Virus record (IMG/VR): IMGVR_UViG_3300022746_000001
Direction: 5' to 3' (one strand)
Origin: a virus
Lineage: Duplodnaviria > Heunggongvirae > Uroviricota > Caudoviricetes
DNA length: 64,000 nucleotides
Below the pieces are notes generated by a model. The model did not search any database, was not told the origin of the DNA, and saw only the letters and a program-made list of their open reading frames with translations. Shown piece after piece: positions 34,392 through 44,998 of the stretch (positions within the stretch are counted from its first letter, which is position 1; each line of letters begins with the position of its first letter). Made by a program: the position numbers and the translations under genes.

Positions 34392-36860
34392 TTAGGCTTT
34401 GTCTTCAGTGAAGTCGATTGGACAGCCACCTGCCCCGCAATCAACGTGTTCAAAGCCAATGTCTTCCTTGACCTCTTCGCTGTCCTTAATGGCGGCGACG
34501 ATCATTTCAAACTCGTGCTTTGTCACGGGTTGCTCAGGCTGGTATTCGTAGGCTGTGGTGTCAGCTTGTGGCATCACCGAGCAGCAGCGAATAGTGGACT
34601 GACCTTCGAACAGAGTGCGCTTGAACTCCTCAAACGACACAGTCTTAGGGTCGTACTTCAGCGTGTAAGACACTTGGTTGCCACGCTCTTCGAGAGGCGT
34701 CACACCGTCTTCTTCCACACCAGTGATCCAATACTTTTCCATCAAGCGCAGGAACTGGTATTGCTCTTCCGGTGTAGCTTCTGCGGCCGTCACGAGTTTG
34801 TCACCCATGCCCAACTTGCAGATTTCAGGGATGGTTGGGAAGCCAACGATGGTCGTGCCGCTGTAGGTCTTGAGCTTCTTCACTGGGTAGCCAAGTTCAC
34901 GGTACTGGTCAATCAATGGATCGTCATTACGGAACTGCACCCAACGCAGGTACTCACGCATTGAAGGCAAGTGAGCGCCTTCTGTCAGACCGAACAGCTT
35001 GGACGTTGTGCCGGCAGGCTTCATGGTCGTGTTGGTGTGAGGTACAGCGACGCCCAAAGCCTCTGAGTAGCTCTTGGCTTCGCTCTGTACGGCGCGCTTG
35101 AAGCGGCTCAGAGTCAGCCAGAAGTCCAGCGACTTAGCTTCGTCAACAATGTCCTTCCAACCATAGCCAAAACGTGCCCAGGCGTACTCGTGCAAGCCGG
35201 TCATGCCAACGCCGATACGGTTTGTGCGGCGCACTTCTTTACCGTACAGACTGTCCATTAGGTTGGTACGAATCAGGGCGCGTGTCGCGGTGCGGAAGGA
35301 GTCTTCAGCATCGTCGTCCCACTCCTCGTTCGTCACTTGATCCAAGCCTGTCGCAGAGCGTTCGCCAGCATGGTACGGAACCACGTCAGCAATCACGCAA
35401 TAGCCACCCAAAGCACCCAGAACGATTTCGCCACAGGGGTTGGTGATAACCTTATAGGGCGAATTGAGCCATGCTTTAGCCAGTGTTGCGGTCAGTTCGA
35501 GGGTTTCGGTATCGAGCTTGTAACGCTCCGACTCCGCGAAGTTACCATCCAGAAGCACTTCCGTACCCTCGTCGCTCCATGTCAATTTATCAACGCTGAT
35601 GATGCCTGGCTCGCCAGTTTGATCGTGGTAAGCAGCGTCACACAGGGCATTGAACACGGCGAAGGCATGCTCTTGCTCCGCATCTTGCATTGGGTCATGG
35701 CTGTGTACGCCACGCATGGCATTATCGACGTGACGCCAGAACTCAGAGTCCACAGTCACGCTATTGTTAGACGACCACAGGAAGCCACCGCGCTTGACTT
35801 GAACAAAGTCCAGCACGTTCTTGTCACGCCAAGTCTTTGTCGCCATACGAGCTGCGCGACGAGCGCCACCCACCAGCACACATTCGGCGATGTAGTGGTC
35901 AGCGTACATGGCGGCGCGCCAGGGAGCCATACCAGCGTCACGCAGTTTGCCGACATTACTCAGAGCAGTCATCATTGGGCCAGGGCCGGACGCAGGACGA
36001 TTCTGCATACCGCCGATCGGTGCGCCGCGAGGACGAACCTTGCTGAAGTCCAAAATCAAAACGGTGTCGCGCTTGTCACCACGGAAGGCGGCATACTCCA
36101 TCTTCTCGATAGCTTTCGCCCAACCTTCGCGGCTGTCTGGCACCTCGAAGATTTCCATTTCACGACCGGCGTACAGATGCTTGGCAGTACGTAAGTCCAA
36201 AGCGTTAATTTCGCCAGACTGACAATCCTTGTGCATCATGTCGATGGTGCAGACAGTCACAGGCAAGTTGTTCAAATCAGCCTTAATCATGGCGTTGTCA
36301 TAGCTGCGGCCGACACCCGAACCATTGAGCAAGAGATAGAAGGTCAGGAAGGTCGTGGCTGCTGTCGAACAGTTGGTGAAGACTTCCATGTTGCGAACCG
36401 CTTGGGTCTCGTCACCATGTTGCAGGTGGCGACCCGACATGAGAATGGACGCTTGGCGCAGGTGGTGGTGCATCTTCTCGTACTCAGCAGTGCGTTGGCG
36501 AGCCAGCTCCGCAAGTTGCGTACCTTCGATCTGAGGATGCAGTGTGGCGTTGCCGTAAGCGACACGAGCTGCAACGTCTGCCCAAGTCTCAACTTCAATG
36601 TGGCCTGTAACGGTCAACTCAATCTTGACAATCAGTTCATCGCCATAAGCAACGTGATAGCCCTGAATGACGATGTTGTTGGACTTGCACCACTCGTCTA
36701 CTTCATGGTCTAGCGCCATGTCATCGCGGCGCGGCAGCTCAATCACCTTCGTGTAGCTCTCCACCTGGCGTACTACTTTACGGTTAATTGTGCGATCCGC
36801 TACGGCGTCACCAATACCTTTGGCGTATTCCCGTGCGGGCGTGTTGATACTTTCGTGCAT
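34392..36860 (-). CDS. ribonucleotide reductase, large monomeric type (class II-like)
   Basis: active-site NPCGEI; 822 aa; C-terminal Cys pair CGAGGCPI. Confidence 0.8.
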   Translation of the reverse strand: MHESINTPAREYAKGIGDAVADRTINRKVVRQVESYTKVIELPRRDDMALDHEVDEWCKSNNIVIQGYHVAYGDELIVKIELTVTGHIEVETWADVAARVAYGNATLHPQIEGTQLAELARQRTAEYEKMHHHLRQASILMSGRHLQHGDETQAVRNMEVFTNCSTAATTFLTFYLLLNGSGVGRSYDNAMIKADLNNLPVTVCTIDMMHKDCQSGEINALDLRTAKHLYAGREMEIFEVPDSREGWAKAIEKMEYAAFRGDKRDTVLILDFSKVRPRGAPIGGMQNRPASGPGPMMTALSNVGKLRDAGMAPWRAAMYADHYIAECVLVGGARRAARMATKTWRDKNVLDFVQVKRGGFLWSSNNSVTVDSEFWRHVDNAMRGVHSHDPMQDAEQEHAFAVFNALCDAAYHDQTGEPGIISVDKLTWSDEGTEVLLDGNFAESERYKLDTETLELTATLAKAWLNSPYKVITNPCGEIVLGALGGYCVIADVVPYHAGERSATGLDQVTNEEWDDDAEDSFRTATRALIRTNLMDSLYGKEVRRTNRIGVGMTGLHEYAWARFGYGWKDIVDEAKSLDFWLTLSRFKRAVQSEAKSYSEALGVAVPHTNTTMKPAGTTSKLFGLTEGAHLPSMREYLRWVQFRNDDPLIDQYRELGYPVKKLKTYSGTTIVGFPTIPEICKLGMGDKLVTAAEATPEEQYQFLRLMEKYWITGVEEDGVTPLEERGNQVSYTLKYDPKTVSFEEFKRTLFEGQSTIRCCSVMPQADTTAYEYQPEQPVTKHEFEMIVAAIKDSEEVKEDIGFEHVDCGAGGCPIDFTEDKA

Positions 36861-36937
36861 AAAACTCCTTGTTGTGTTGTTAATTTGGGGGACGGTGATT
36901 CTATTGCAGTCACGAGTGACTTACCATATAAGGACGA

Positions 36938-37417
36938 CTACCAAGTGTCCGATTCGGTAGTTGGGGTATCTGGACTGCGCGGCACTTCTGACTCCAGTGG
37001 CGCGCTGTCAGTTGGAATGAGGCTCATGAGTTGCATGTCGTCGGTCTTGATGCGGGTGTAGCTGAATACGCCACCTCGTCTGTATAAGGTTTCGTTCTTA
37101 CAGCGAATTTGGACTTGATCTGTCTGTCCGCAAGAGACGCAATACTGCTTGGTCATGCGCTCCAAGTTCTCTTGCTCGTCAACCTTGATGCTCGAACAGC
37201 CCTCACATTCCGGTACGTCTTTTCGGAGCGTATGAGTGATCTTGAGGCGCGCAGATTCCGGAAACTTGGACTGCATCGCTTCAAGGCTGCTTACTTCGAA
37301 GAAGAACTTCTTGTTGCAAAGGCGATTGGGCGTCACCTCTTCCGTCTCGTACTTAATTGTTTCGTAGTCCACAAGCGCGTTGTAGCGCTGCGACATGCCT
37401 ACAGAATGAAACGCCAT
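36938..37417 (-). CDS. hypothetical zinc-finger protein
   Basis: CEGC...CVSCGQ; ends ESDTW. Confidence 0.5.
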   Translation of the reverse strand: MAFHSVGMSQRYNALVDYETIKYETEEVTPNRLCNKKFFFEVSSLEAMQSKFPESARLKITHTLRKDVPECEGCSSIKVDEQENLERMTKQYCVSCGQTDQVQIRCKNETLYRRGGVFSYTRIKTDDMQLMSLIPTDSAPLESEVPRSPDTPTTESDTW

Positions 37418-37418
37418 A

Positions 37419-37979
37419 TCAGGCAGCCGCCTTGAACAGCGCCATCACAGAACGGAACTCGGTGGACTTCAGGCCAGCTTTGATTGCAAAGCAGGCATCT
37501 GCCAAGTGTTCGTTGTCATTGAGGAGTTTGGTTTCACCTTTGACTTTGCGTGTAAGCCATTTGGCTTCAGGAAACTCTTTGACTGCCGCTTCGATCATCT
37601 CCGACTTCTCTGCGGTCTTGTAGCCAGTGGCGGCCAGCTTCACCTCAGAAGGCGTCACTTGAATGATTGGAATTGGGCAAGCAGCCAAGACACCGACGCA
37701 GATGCCATACGACGCCATTGCTCGTGCGCTTTGTGAGCCTACAGGAACTTCAACGAACGCGAAGGCTGCGCTCTTGCACTCTTCCATCATGCCGTCGTAA
37801 AGCAACTTGGCGCGGCGTAGGTCGTCGGAGTTTTTGCGCACCGTCTTTTGCTTCGCCGCATTGTCCTCGGACTCTACAAGTCTCATGCTGTCCACCTTGA
37901 AGGTGAGCGAGTTCGCGTCCAGGGTTGCACTGACGATGCCAAAGTTACGCAGTGATGGGTCGATGCCTATGATTTTCAT
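37419..37979 (-). CDS. RuvC-like Holliday junction resolvase
   Basis: IIGIDPSLRNFGIV (first catalytic Asp), FVEVP, C-terminal acidic residues; RNase H-like fold. Confidence 0.65.
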   Translation of the reverse strand: MKIIGIDPSLRNFGIVSATLDANSLTFKVDSMRLVESEDNAAKQKTVRKNSDDLRRAKLLYDGMMEECKSAAFAFVEVPVGSQSARAMASYGICVGVLAACPIPIIQVTPSEVKLAATGYKTAEKSEMIEAAVKEFPEAKWLTRKVKGETKLLNDNEHLADACFAIKAGLKSTEFRSVMALFKAAA

Positions 37980-38236
37980 TACCAGCTTTCTGTTTCTGTT
38001 GAGGGTTTATCTGTCGTTGGGACAGATACGATTTCAGGGGTCTCTGCGCTTGTTGGCGGTTCGATGTGTATTTGCATCAAGTCTCCTTTGCGGTTGATAA
38101 GCGCGTTCTGGAGCTTGGTGACTTCTGGCACTTCCATGTACGCCTCCACCATTACTCGCACCAAGCCAGGGTTCGTTGAATTGCCTGATGCGAGGTACTC
38201 GTAACTGGCGAGACTGAAGTGACCCTTGATTACCAC
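37979..38236 (-). CDS. hypothetical protein
   Basis: GTG start overlapping upstream TGGTAA; ends TESW. Confidence 0.45.
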   Translation of the reverse strand: MVIKGHFSLASYEYLASGNSTNPGLVRVMVEAYMEVPEVTKLQNALINRKGDLMQIHIEPPTSAETPEIVSVPTTDKPSTETESW

Positions 38237-38676
38237 GAGCCAAACCCCAAGTCTTCGTACTTGTCGTAGCGGTCTTCCAGGGCGGCGCGCTCTGCTTTGT
38301 CTGCAATCTGGCGACGCGCTTCTGCGATGGTGGAGTCAAGACCGGCGGTCGTCTCTTTCAGGAACTCTCTGAATCCCATCAAGCTGCGCTCTGCTTCGTC
38401 TTGCGCCATCTCCATCTCTTTGTAGTCGGCGGTCATGATTGGCTTGAAGACGCAAATCATCTTGCCTCGCTTGCCCATGTAGACGCGCACAGGGCGAAAG
38501 TCTTCAGAGCCAACGTGAGGCGCCTTCGAGTAGCCCTTCTCCTTGAGAACGGTCAGCGTCAAAGGCTCCATCAGCATGAAGGTCTCGTGGGTCGCCTGCA
38601 TTGCTTTGGTGATTGCTTCAACCAGCGGCGCCATCACGTCTTCCGTGATTTGTTCCTTCTGGGTCTTCTCTTCCAT
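38230..38676 (-). CDS. hypothetical protein
   Basis: AGGAG RBS before internal ATG; track N-terminal extension overlaps palindromic motif; ends DLGFGSW. Confidence 0.5.
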   Translation of the reverse strand: MEEKTQKEQITEDVMAPLVEAITKAMQATHETFMLMEPLTLTVLKEKGYSKAPHVGSEDFRPVRVYMGKRGKMICVFKPIMTADYKEMEMAQDEAERSLMGFREFLKETTAGLDSTIAEARRQIADKAERAALEDRYDKYEDLGFGSW

Positions 38677-38713
38677 TACTGCTCCTGCTTGTGTTTCGGT
38701 TTGGTCATTGATT

Positions 38714-38740
38714 GTAGTCACGGGTGACTTATTCTCTCAG
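38714..38740 (-). promoter_or_regulatory. palindromic motif ATAAGTCAC-CCG-TGACTACAAT upstream of 38230-38676
   Basis: read directly; about 30 nt upstream of RBS. Confidence 0.5.
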
Positions 38741-38766
38741 GCGAGACGTAATCACCCTATGAACTA

Positions 38767-40713
38767 TCAAGCGCGTGTGGCGCCAGACAGCGTACCGAAG
38801 CCGCTTTCCTTCTTGACCGTGATGACGTTGTCGATCCAGTCAGCGAGACTGTTGTGGCTGATAACCATGACAGTGCCGCGCTCCTTCGCTTTGTCGTTCA
38901 AGACCGTCATGAGGCGTTCAAGACCCGATTCGTCCAGAGCGTGATCGACCTCGTCTGCCACAAAGATGTTGATAGGCTTGGTAGCGCGAGACGCCACCAT
39001 GTCTTGCAGTGCCATCGCAGTCGCCAGACGAACCTTGCGCTTCTCACCGCCAGACAAGCCGCTGAATGACTCGGCGCCTTTGTCGTTGACCACTTCGATA
39101 TTGAACTTCTCCTTCAGCTCACCCTTCGCGCTCTTTGCCAGAGTGTTCCAGACTGCGTGAATGTTGCCGTCCGCAAGTGCAGACAGGTAATGAGAAGTCC
39201 TATCATTTAGATATGGCGTCACGGTGTCGAGAATGTGTGCGCGAACCCCTGCCGGCCCGAAGACCTTCACTGCCGAGTCCAGCAGCTCATATTCCTCTTC
39301 GAGAGCAACCTTCTCAGCGGTAGCCTTTGTCAGAATGGCATCATTCTGTTCGATCTTGGCTTTTTGCAGCTCGATGATCTTCGTAAAGGGGTTGGGCGCC
39401 TCAAGGTACGACTTCGCTTTCGATTTAATGTCCTCAATGTCGCGCGTCTTTGCGGTGACTTGCTTCTTATACGCTTCAACGGTTGACAGGACAGCGTTCA
39501 ATTCGCTGCGTCGTCGAGCCATTTCGGTCGTGTCAGTCATTGACGCTTTGAACTCAGTGGCGCGCTTCTGCGCTTCTTCAGCGTCGGTCTTGGCTTTCTT
39601 GTAGACAGTGGCAGCGCTGCGCAGCTCTGCTTCCGCCTTCGCTACATCTTCGGTACGCAGCTTCTTCGCTGCCTCAATGTCGTGTTCGCAGTAGTCTTTG
39701 CCGCACTCACCGCATGGCTTGCCCACCTTGTCGTCAACCGTTCGCAGCGCCTCGACTGCGTCGGCATGTTTGCGCTTGGCGGTAGCGGCGGCAGACTGCG
39801 CCAGTGTGAAGGTTCGATCAAATGCGGCAGCGGCGTTCTTGAACTCTTCCAGCGCGTTAGACTCCGCTCGAAGCGAGGAGAACTTGGTGTCGATGACTGC
39901 CAGCTCCGCAAGCACATCAGTCTCCTTCAGCGAGGCGATTTCGTCATTGAGCGTGTCAATCTCTGCCTTGATGGGCACAACCTTAGACAACTCTGCTTTC
40001 GCCAATGGCTTGCGGTTGTCTTCGTGGTGTTTGAATCCAACTTCTGAGCCTTCAAGGTCGTCCTGAAGAACCTTTTTGTTGTTGGCGGCCATGTCGATGC
40101 GCGACTGAGCCACGGTCATTTCACCAGCCTTCAGATTGAACTTCTCACGCGCCTTGAGGTGAGCTTTGGCAAGCACTTCAACGCCGGCAGCTTCCTCGAT
40201 CATCAGCTTGAGCTGCTTGTCGGTCATTGCTGGCAGATCGGGCATCTTCTCCTGACCTGCGTAGACGGCTGCGGTGAAGACTTCGAGGCTACATCCGACC
40301 ACCTTGTCGATCACCTCTTGAGTCTCACGCTCGGTGCCTTTATGAAGTTCGATCGGCGCTTCGCCTGGGTTCTTACTCTTTTGCAGAACGATGGCTTGAT
40401 TCTTATACGTGGCGTGTTTGCGGTAGCGAGTGATTCGATACTCGTCTGCGCCATCGGAGAGCGTCACCTCGACAAAACAGTCCTTCTTCGCCGTCTTGTT
40501 GACGACAGCATCGCTGGCAACGCCTCGCGCTGTGACGCCGTAGAGCGCCCAACAGATCGCGTCAGCTACTGATGACTTACCGGCACCATTGGACTCAGCC
40601 GAGCTATCGTCTTTGTTCTCGCCCTGCACCAGCAGCAAGCCGCGCTCCGACAATTCAATCTCGAACTTCGAGAGGGTCAGAAAGTTTTCCCCTGATACGC
40701 TTACGATATTCAT
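38767..40713 (-). CDS. sbcC: SbcC/Rad50-like recombination ATPase (T4 gp46-like)
   Basis: Walker A GENGAGKSS, coiled coil with CGECGKDYC zinc hook, signature LSGGEKRKV, Walker B IFVADEVD; AGGAGAAGA RBS; TAATG overlap with sbcD. Confidence 0.85.
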   Translation of the reverse strand: MNIVSVSGENFLTLSKFEIELSERGLLLVQGENKDDSSAESNGAGKSSVADAICWALYGVTARGVASDAVVNKTAKKDCFVEVTLSDGADEYRITRYRKHATYKNQAIVLQKSKNPGEAPIELHKGTERETQEVIDKVVGCSLEVFTAAVYAGQEKMPDLPAMTDKQLKLMIEEAAGVEVLAKAHLKAREKFNLKAGEMTVAQSRIDMAANNKKVLQDDLEGSEVGFKHHEDNRKPLAKAELSKVVPIKAEIDTLNDEIASLKETDVLAELAVIDTKFSSLRAESNALEEFKNAAAAFDRTFTLAQSAAATAKRKHADAVEALRTVDDKVGKPCGECGKDYCEHDIEAAKKLRTEDVAKAEAELRSAATVYKKAKTDAEEAQKRATEFKASMTDTTEMARRRSELNAVLSTVEAYKKQVTAKTRDIEDIKSKAKSYLEAPNPFTKIIELQKAKIEQNDAILTKATAEKVALEEEYELLDSAVKVFGPAGVRAHILDTVTPYLNDRTSHYLSALADGNIHAVWNTLAKSAKGELKEKFNIEVVNDKGAESFSGLSGGEKRKVRLATAMALQDMVASRATKPINIFVADEVDHALDESGLERLMTVLNDKAKERGTVMVISHNSLADWIDNVITVKKESGFGTLSGATRA

Positions 40714-41768
40714 TATTCTTCTCCTCGAACTTCGGTCAATATGGAATGGCACAGCGCGTTCAACTTGGCTGTGTTGTCAAAGTCTGCGCCGTTGATGTAA
40801 TCCGAAACACTTACTTCAATGGATGCACCAGCTTTGACTGTGGATGCGGTACGTGTGACGCCAGTGGCGGGTTGCGCAACGATGGTTACGCCACGAGCGC
40901 CGCTGTCGGTGAGAAACTTGCGCAGCGCTTCCAAGTCAGCAGACTTGCCGCTGTAGGTCTTTGCTCTTACGTAGTTGCCATCAACGATCAGTGGAATGTC
41001 TTCAGGTGCAGTCGCGGCGTCAATCTCAACAAAGCTCGGCGCATGTGAGGCATGCCACTTCACTTCGCTGTCTGAGACGACCAAGAAGCCAGCTTTGCTG
41101 CCAACGTCAGACCATGTTTGATGCGTCAGAGCGCCGATGCTGTAGACGCCATCGCCCAAGTCGCGGTGATGGTGGTAGTGACCAGCGAAGACACGGCGAA
41201 AGCCCAGACCAGCCAAGAACTCTTTGCTCAGACCGTGATTGGGCAGACCTTTGATGACGCCGTCGATACCTGCGTGGATGATTAGGTCAACGTCCTTGCT
41301 GTCAGTAACGCTAGAGACGCGCGTCAAGGCATCTTTCAGGTCAGCGACTTGAGGTATCCAGGGAACCATCACCACATCATCACTGGCAGTTGCGCCATCG
41401 TCGATTGAGTTGATGACTTTGCAGCCGACTTCTTGCAGCGCGGTAATGGCGCTACCGATGCTTGTCGCTTCTTTGCCCTCAAGGTCGTGGTTGCCTGAGA
41501 GGATCACAATCTTGAAGCCCATGTCGATCAGCTTCTTGTAGACCTCCAGTGTGGGGTTCAGCACGGACGGAGCAACACTGCCGCGCACATGGAACAAGTC
41601 ACCAGCGTGGTAAATGGTGTCGCCCCCTGCTCTTCCCACTTCGCTTGCGCAGCGAATCGTCTCGTCCAAGATTTGACGCAGCCGACTGTTGACGCCAGAC
41701 GGCAGCGTGGTCGAGAAGGAAGACCAGTTGTGGTTGTGTGTATCTGAGATTAAGCCAAATGGTTTCAT
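40713..41768 (-). CDS. sbcD: SbcD/Mre11-like nuclease (T4 gp47-like)
   Basis: calcineurin-like motifs ISDTHNHNW, HAGDLFH, GNHD, GHYHH. Confidence 0.85.
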   Translation of the reverse strand: MKPFGLISDTHNHNWSSFSTTLPSGVNSRLRQILDETIRCASEVGRAGGDTIYHAGDLFHVRGSVAPSVLNPTLEVYKKLIDMGFKIVILSGNHDLEGKEATSIGSAITALQEVGCKVINSIDDGATASDDVVMVPWIPQVADLKDALTRVSSVTDSKDVDLIIHAGIDGVIKGLPNHGLSKEFLAGLGFRRVFAGHYHHHRDLGDGVYSIGALTHQTWSDVGSKAGFLVVSDSEVKWHASHAPSFVEIDAATAPEDIPLIVDGNYVRAKTYSGKSADLEALRKFLTDSGARGVTIVAQPATGVTRTASTVKAGASIEVSVSDYINGADFDNTAKLNALCHSILTEVRGEE

Positions 41769-41789
41769 ATTTCTCCAGTCAGTTGTGAC

Positions 41790-42203
41790 TTATGCCTTAC
41801 GGTAAAAAATGTGCTTGCCAAGCACAGCGGTCTTAACCAAGTCATGACGCCACACTGGACGCGCATCTTTGGTGTGATAAAAAGTTGCTCCACCATGAGT
41901 GAAGTCGCCGATCTTGCCAGCTAGAACGACCTCTGAAATTCGCACTGCTTTTTTCCATGCGTAGTCATCTTGAGGCAGACCGTTATCTTTCAGATAGAAG
42001 CGGCCATCTTTCTGCTTAACCATCTTCGTTGTCCAAGAGAATTGACGCTTGGCTGTCACAGTCTTGCAGACTTCACTTGGCTTGCCGGCGCGGTTCATTG
42101 TGACTTGCGCGACAGCGTACTGCCCTGGAATCATTTCAGAGCGCGCCTCATGGTAGACGTTCAGTGCGAGGCATAACAGTGCGGATTCGAGAATCATTTT
42201 CAC
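41790..42203 (-). CDS. SleB/CwlJ-family cell wall hydrolase (Hydrolase_2)
   Basis: ALNVYHEARSE...QFSW matches SleB catalytic-domain signature. Confidence 0.65.
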   Translation of the reverse strand: MKMILESALLCLALNVYHEARSEMIPGQYAVAQVTMNRAGKPSEVCKTVTAKRQFSWTTKMVKQKDGRFYLKDNGLPQDDYAWKKAVRISEVVLAGKIGDFTHGGATFYHTKDARPVWRHDLVKTAVLGKHIFYRKA

Positions 42204-42256
42204 CTTTCAGTTATTAGCTTGATGGTATCGAGCGAGGTTTGGAGTAGCTACGCTTT

Positions 42257-42619
42257 TCATCGGAGACGCATAGCGGAATCAACAACTTCCCTGCGCATCG
42301 AGGGAGTGACCCTGAACTTGTTCAGCGGCAAACAGCGCTGCAAAATGTTCTGGGGATTCGTGAATGAATCGGGGCCAAAAAAGTCCTCGACGTTGGTTAG
42401 GTAGAACAGCTTCTTCTTCCCGTCCTTCACGACGACACCAGCGGCTATGTAGCCTTTGGTGATCGTCTCCTCAAGGGCAAGGCGTTCTATGCACCAAGCG
42501 TTGCGCTTGCGATAGATGTGGCTCATCCGACGATGAGCCAAGTACAACCCCCTGCCGTCCTCTAACTCGTACCAGCCGCCGCAGTGTTTGAAATTTACTT
42601 TGTGCGGCTGGATTTTCAT
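42257..42619 (-). CDS. hypothetical protein
   Basis: ORF track. Confidence 0.5.
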   Translation of the reverse strand: MKIQPHKVNFKHCGGWYELEDGRGLYLAHRRMSHIYRKRNAWCIERLALEETITKGYIAAGVVVKDGKKKLFYLTNVEDFFGPDSFTNPQNILQRCLPLNKFRVTPSMRREVVDSAMRLR

Positions 42620-42966
42620 TACTCAACTCTCCTTAGACCGACCACCGTGAAAATCTTTGACGGATTGACAATGTGCGGCCCATAAATTTTCAAAATCGTC
42701 TTGTAGAGGCTCTCTGACGGATTCTCGGACTTAGTCGCAAGCTCCGTGTGATTCTGAGAGGCGTACAAGACACACATTTCACTCAAGGTTCCTGAATCGA
42801 CGTAGGTGACTTTCGCCATGCCGATCACAGCCTTCTTTTTCTCATCCATGAGAAGAACATCTTCACCTTCAGGCAGCTTGCTTAACTTGCGCCCCATGCG
42901 AAAGGTGTTGAACTCTCCATCAATGCCGACAACCGGCGGGATGAAACCAATAACTTGGATTTCCAT
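42619..42966 (-). CDS. hypothetical protein
   Basis: AGGGAG RBS before internal ATG. Confidence 0.5.
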   Translation of the reverse strand: MEIQVIGFIPPVVGIDGEFNTFRMGRKLSKLPEGEDVLLMDEKKKAVIGMAKVTYVDSGTLSEMCVLYASQNHTELATKSENPSESLYKTILKIYGPHIVNPSKIFTVVGLRRVE

Positions 42967-43023
42967 ATAGCTCCCTATAAGTTTTGTTTGCGAGAACAAA
43001 AGTATAGGGAGCCAGTTCTTACC

Positions 43024-44031
43024 TTACGTTGGCAAAAGTTTCAGCAGTTCCGAGTGCGTACCTTCTTTGGTGATCTTCTCTGCCAGGGCTTTCACGAAGT
43101 ATTGCTTACCGTCGATCCAAGTCACGCGCGGTTTGCTGTACGTAATCATCTTGTGGGCGATCAGGTACTCAAGCAGGCTGAACGTGGTATCAAACTGTGC
43201 AGCGCCAAGCTCGTCAAAGCTCATGCGAACCGAACACTCTTGGAATGGTTTGGTCATCTTGGACTTCACGCATTGGATAGAAATGTTCTGTCCCACGAAG
43301 GTCTTTTCGCCGTCTTGTTGCTCCATGATCTTTTGACGACCCAAAGCCAGACGTGCGGTTGCGTAGAACTCCATCGCTTTACCGCCTGGGGTGGTGCGAG
43401 GGTCGCCGTAGACAACGCCAGGCTTCAAACGCATTTGGTTCAGGTACAGGAACGTCGCGTTGTATTCTTCGCAGTGCTGCGCCATCGCTTTGAGTGTTGT
43501 CGAAGTCACGCGAGCCAAAGCCGTTGTGTCGTTCATGGTGTACTCGTCAATCTCCTTCTCAGCTTGCGACTTTGGCAACGCTGCGGCGATGGAGTCAAAC
43601 ACGAACAAGATGGGCGCTTCGTCTGGAATGGCTTTGGACTCACGAATGAGTTTGCAAGCCTTCGCAGCTTTGACGTTACCTTCTTCCCATGTCTTTGGTT
43701 TGAAGTACAGCCAGTGTGGGCGCTCAGACTTCAGTCCGAAACCTTCAGCGAGGCTCACGTCGAACGAGCGCTCCCAGTCGATGAAGCCGGCAACGCCACC
43801 CATTTGTTGAGCGCGAACCATCCACATCGTTGCCAGTGCGGTCTTACCTGTTGAGGATTCACCGAACATTTCAACCATGCGGCCGAACGGCAAGCCACCG
43901 TCATAGCGACCCGACATGATGTGGTTCAGCGGAGGGTAGCCAGTGTCGATGAAGTTTGTAACTTGTTGGCCGTCTGCATTGGCGCCCAACTCTTTGTCCA
44001 TTGCGGAAAGGAGGTCTGTTAAGGCTGACAT
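43024..44031 (-). CDS. RecA/UvsX-family recombinase
   Basis: N-terminal FIDTGYPPLN...GGLPFGRMVEMFGESSTGKTALA (RecA-like Walker A); 335 aa. Confidence 0.75.
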   Translation of the reverse strand: MSALTDLLSAMDKELGANADGQQVTNFIDTGYPPLNHIMSGRYDGGLPFGRMVEMFGESSTGKTALATMWMVRAQQMGGVAGFIDWERSFDVSLAEGFGLKSERPHWLYFKPKTWEEGNVKAAKACKLIRESKAIPDEAPILFVFDSIAAALPKSQAEKEIDEYTMNDTTALARVTSTTLKAMAQHCEEYNATFLYLNQMRLKPGVVYGDPRTTPGGKAMEFYATARLALGRQKIMEQQDGEKTFVGQNISIQCVKSKMTKPFQECSVRMSFDELGAAQFDTTFSLLEYLIAHKMITYSKPRVTWIDGKQYFVKALAEKITKEGTHSELLKLLPT

Positions 44032-44040
44032 TTGTTTCTT

Positions 44041-44940
44041 TCAGTTTGCGAACGGTCTTACGAACACGTCCATGTTTTTTAAGATGCTGTTGAAGGCAAG
44101 CTCTTCGCAGATGGCGGTGAACTTCTCTTGATTGAAGCTATCCGTGCGAATCTCCATGTCTTCTTTGTTCGGCTTGGCAACCTTCATGAGTTGCATCATT
44201 CGCAGATTGCGGCCAAAGATTTGACGCCCTTCTGCGCTTGCAAGTCGAATGTGCGCCTTCTTCTTTGGTACGAATGCGCCACTGTCGCACTGCACCCAGA
44301 AGTTGCGAACGCTACCGAACTCTGCCAAGAACTCAGGTGCGCCCTTCTCACCGATACCGCCGACGCCTGGAACATCGTCAGAGCCATCGCCCTGAAGACA
44401 CTTACCTTCGAGGAAGGCTAGTGGTGTCTTGTATCCAGTCTTATCGTAGAAGTTGCCAGCGTTGATGATCTTGGCGTCATTGCGGTGGTCACGCCAACCT
44501 ACGTTTGGTCGAACCAATTGCAACCAGTCTTCGTCGCCTGTAATGAGCTGAATCTCGTTCTCAGGGTTCTTAGACAGAGTAGCCACCATGTAGCCAGCCA
44601 TGTCGTCAGCTTCTTGGTTTACCGCGCGCATTTGGCGAACACCTAACGCCGCAAGTGCGTCTTTGATGTACGGAGTTTGCTCGGTATAAGCCTTCTTGAT
44701 CGCTGCTTTCTTGGGGTCGTTGTCTCGCGTACTCTTGTACGTTGGAAGCAAGTCAAAACGCCACTGAGCGCGGCCGTCCCAAAGCACAAGAATGGAGTGG
44801 TCACGGTAGGTCTGTCGGAGGTCACGCATTGTCTTCAGAAAGCCAAAGACTGCCTGAGTCTGCATGTCGCCTGACGTGAGCTTGGTTGCGTAGTGAGCAG
44901 CCCAACCGATGCTGTTGCCGTCGATGATTAGGGTCTTCAT
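44041..44940 (-). CDS. 5'-3' exonuclease / flap endonuclease (FEN, RNase H-like)
   Basis: N-terminal LIIDGNSIGWAAHYA and acidic clusters typical of Pol I 5'-3' exo family. Confidence 0.8.
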   Translation of the reverse strand: MKTLIIDGNSIGWAAHYATKLTSGDMQTQAVFGFLKTMRDLRQTYRDHSILVLWDGRAQWRFDLLPTYKSTRDNDPKKAAIKKAYTEQTPYIKDALAALGVRQMRAVNQEADDMAGYMVATLSKNPENEIQLITGDEDWLQLVRPNVGWRDHRNDAKIINAGNFYDKTGYKTPLAFLEGKCLQGDGSDDVPGVGGIGEKGAPEFLAEFGSVRNFWVQCDSGAFVPKKKAHIRLASAEGRQIFGRNLRMMQLMKVAKPNKEDMEIRTDSFNQEKFTAICEELAFNSILKNMDVFVRPFAN

Positions 44941-44998
44941 AATGAAGAAGGCCAGCCAACCAAACCCGAAGGCTTGGTTGAGCTGACCCTCACTCCCT

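Noticed and set aside
35337-36194. 285-aa plus-strand ORF and other ORFs antisense to the RNR gene
   Set aside because: Overlapped entirely by the strongly supported RNR coding frame on the opposite strand.
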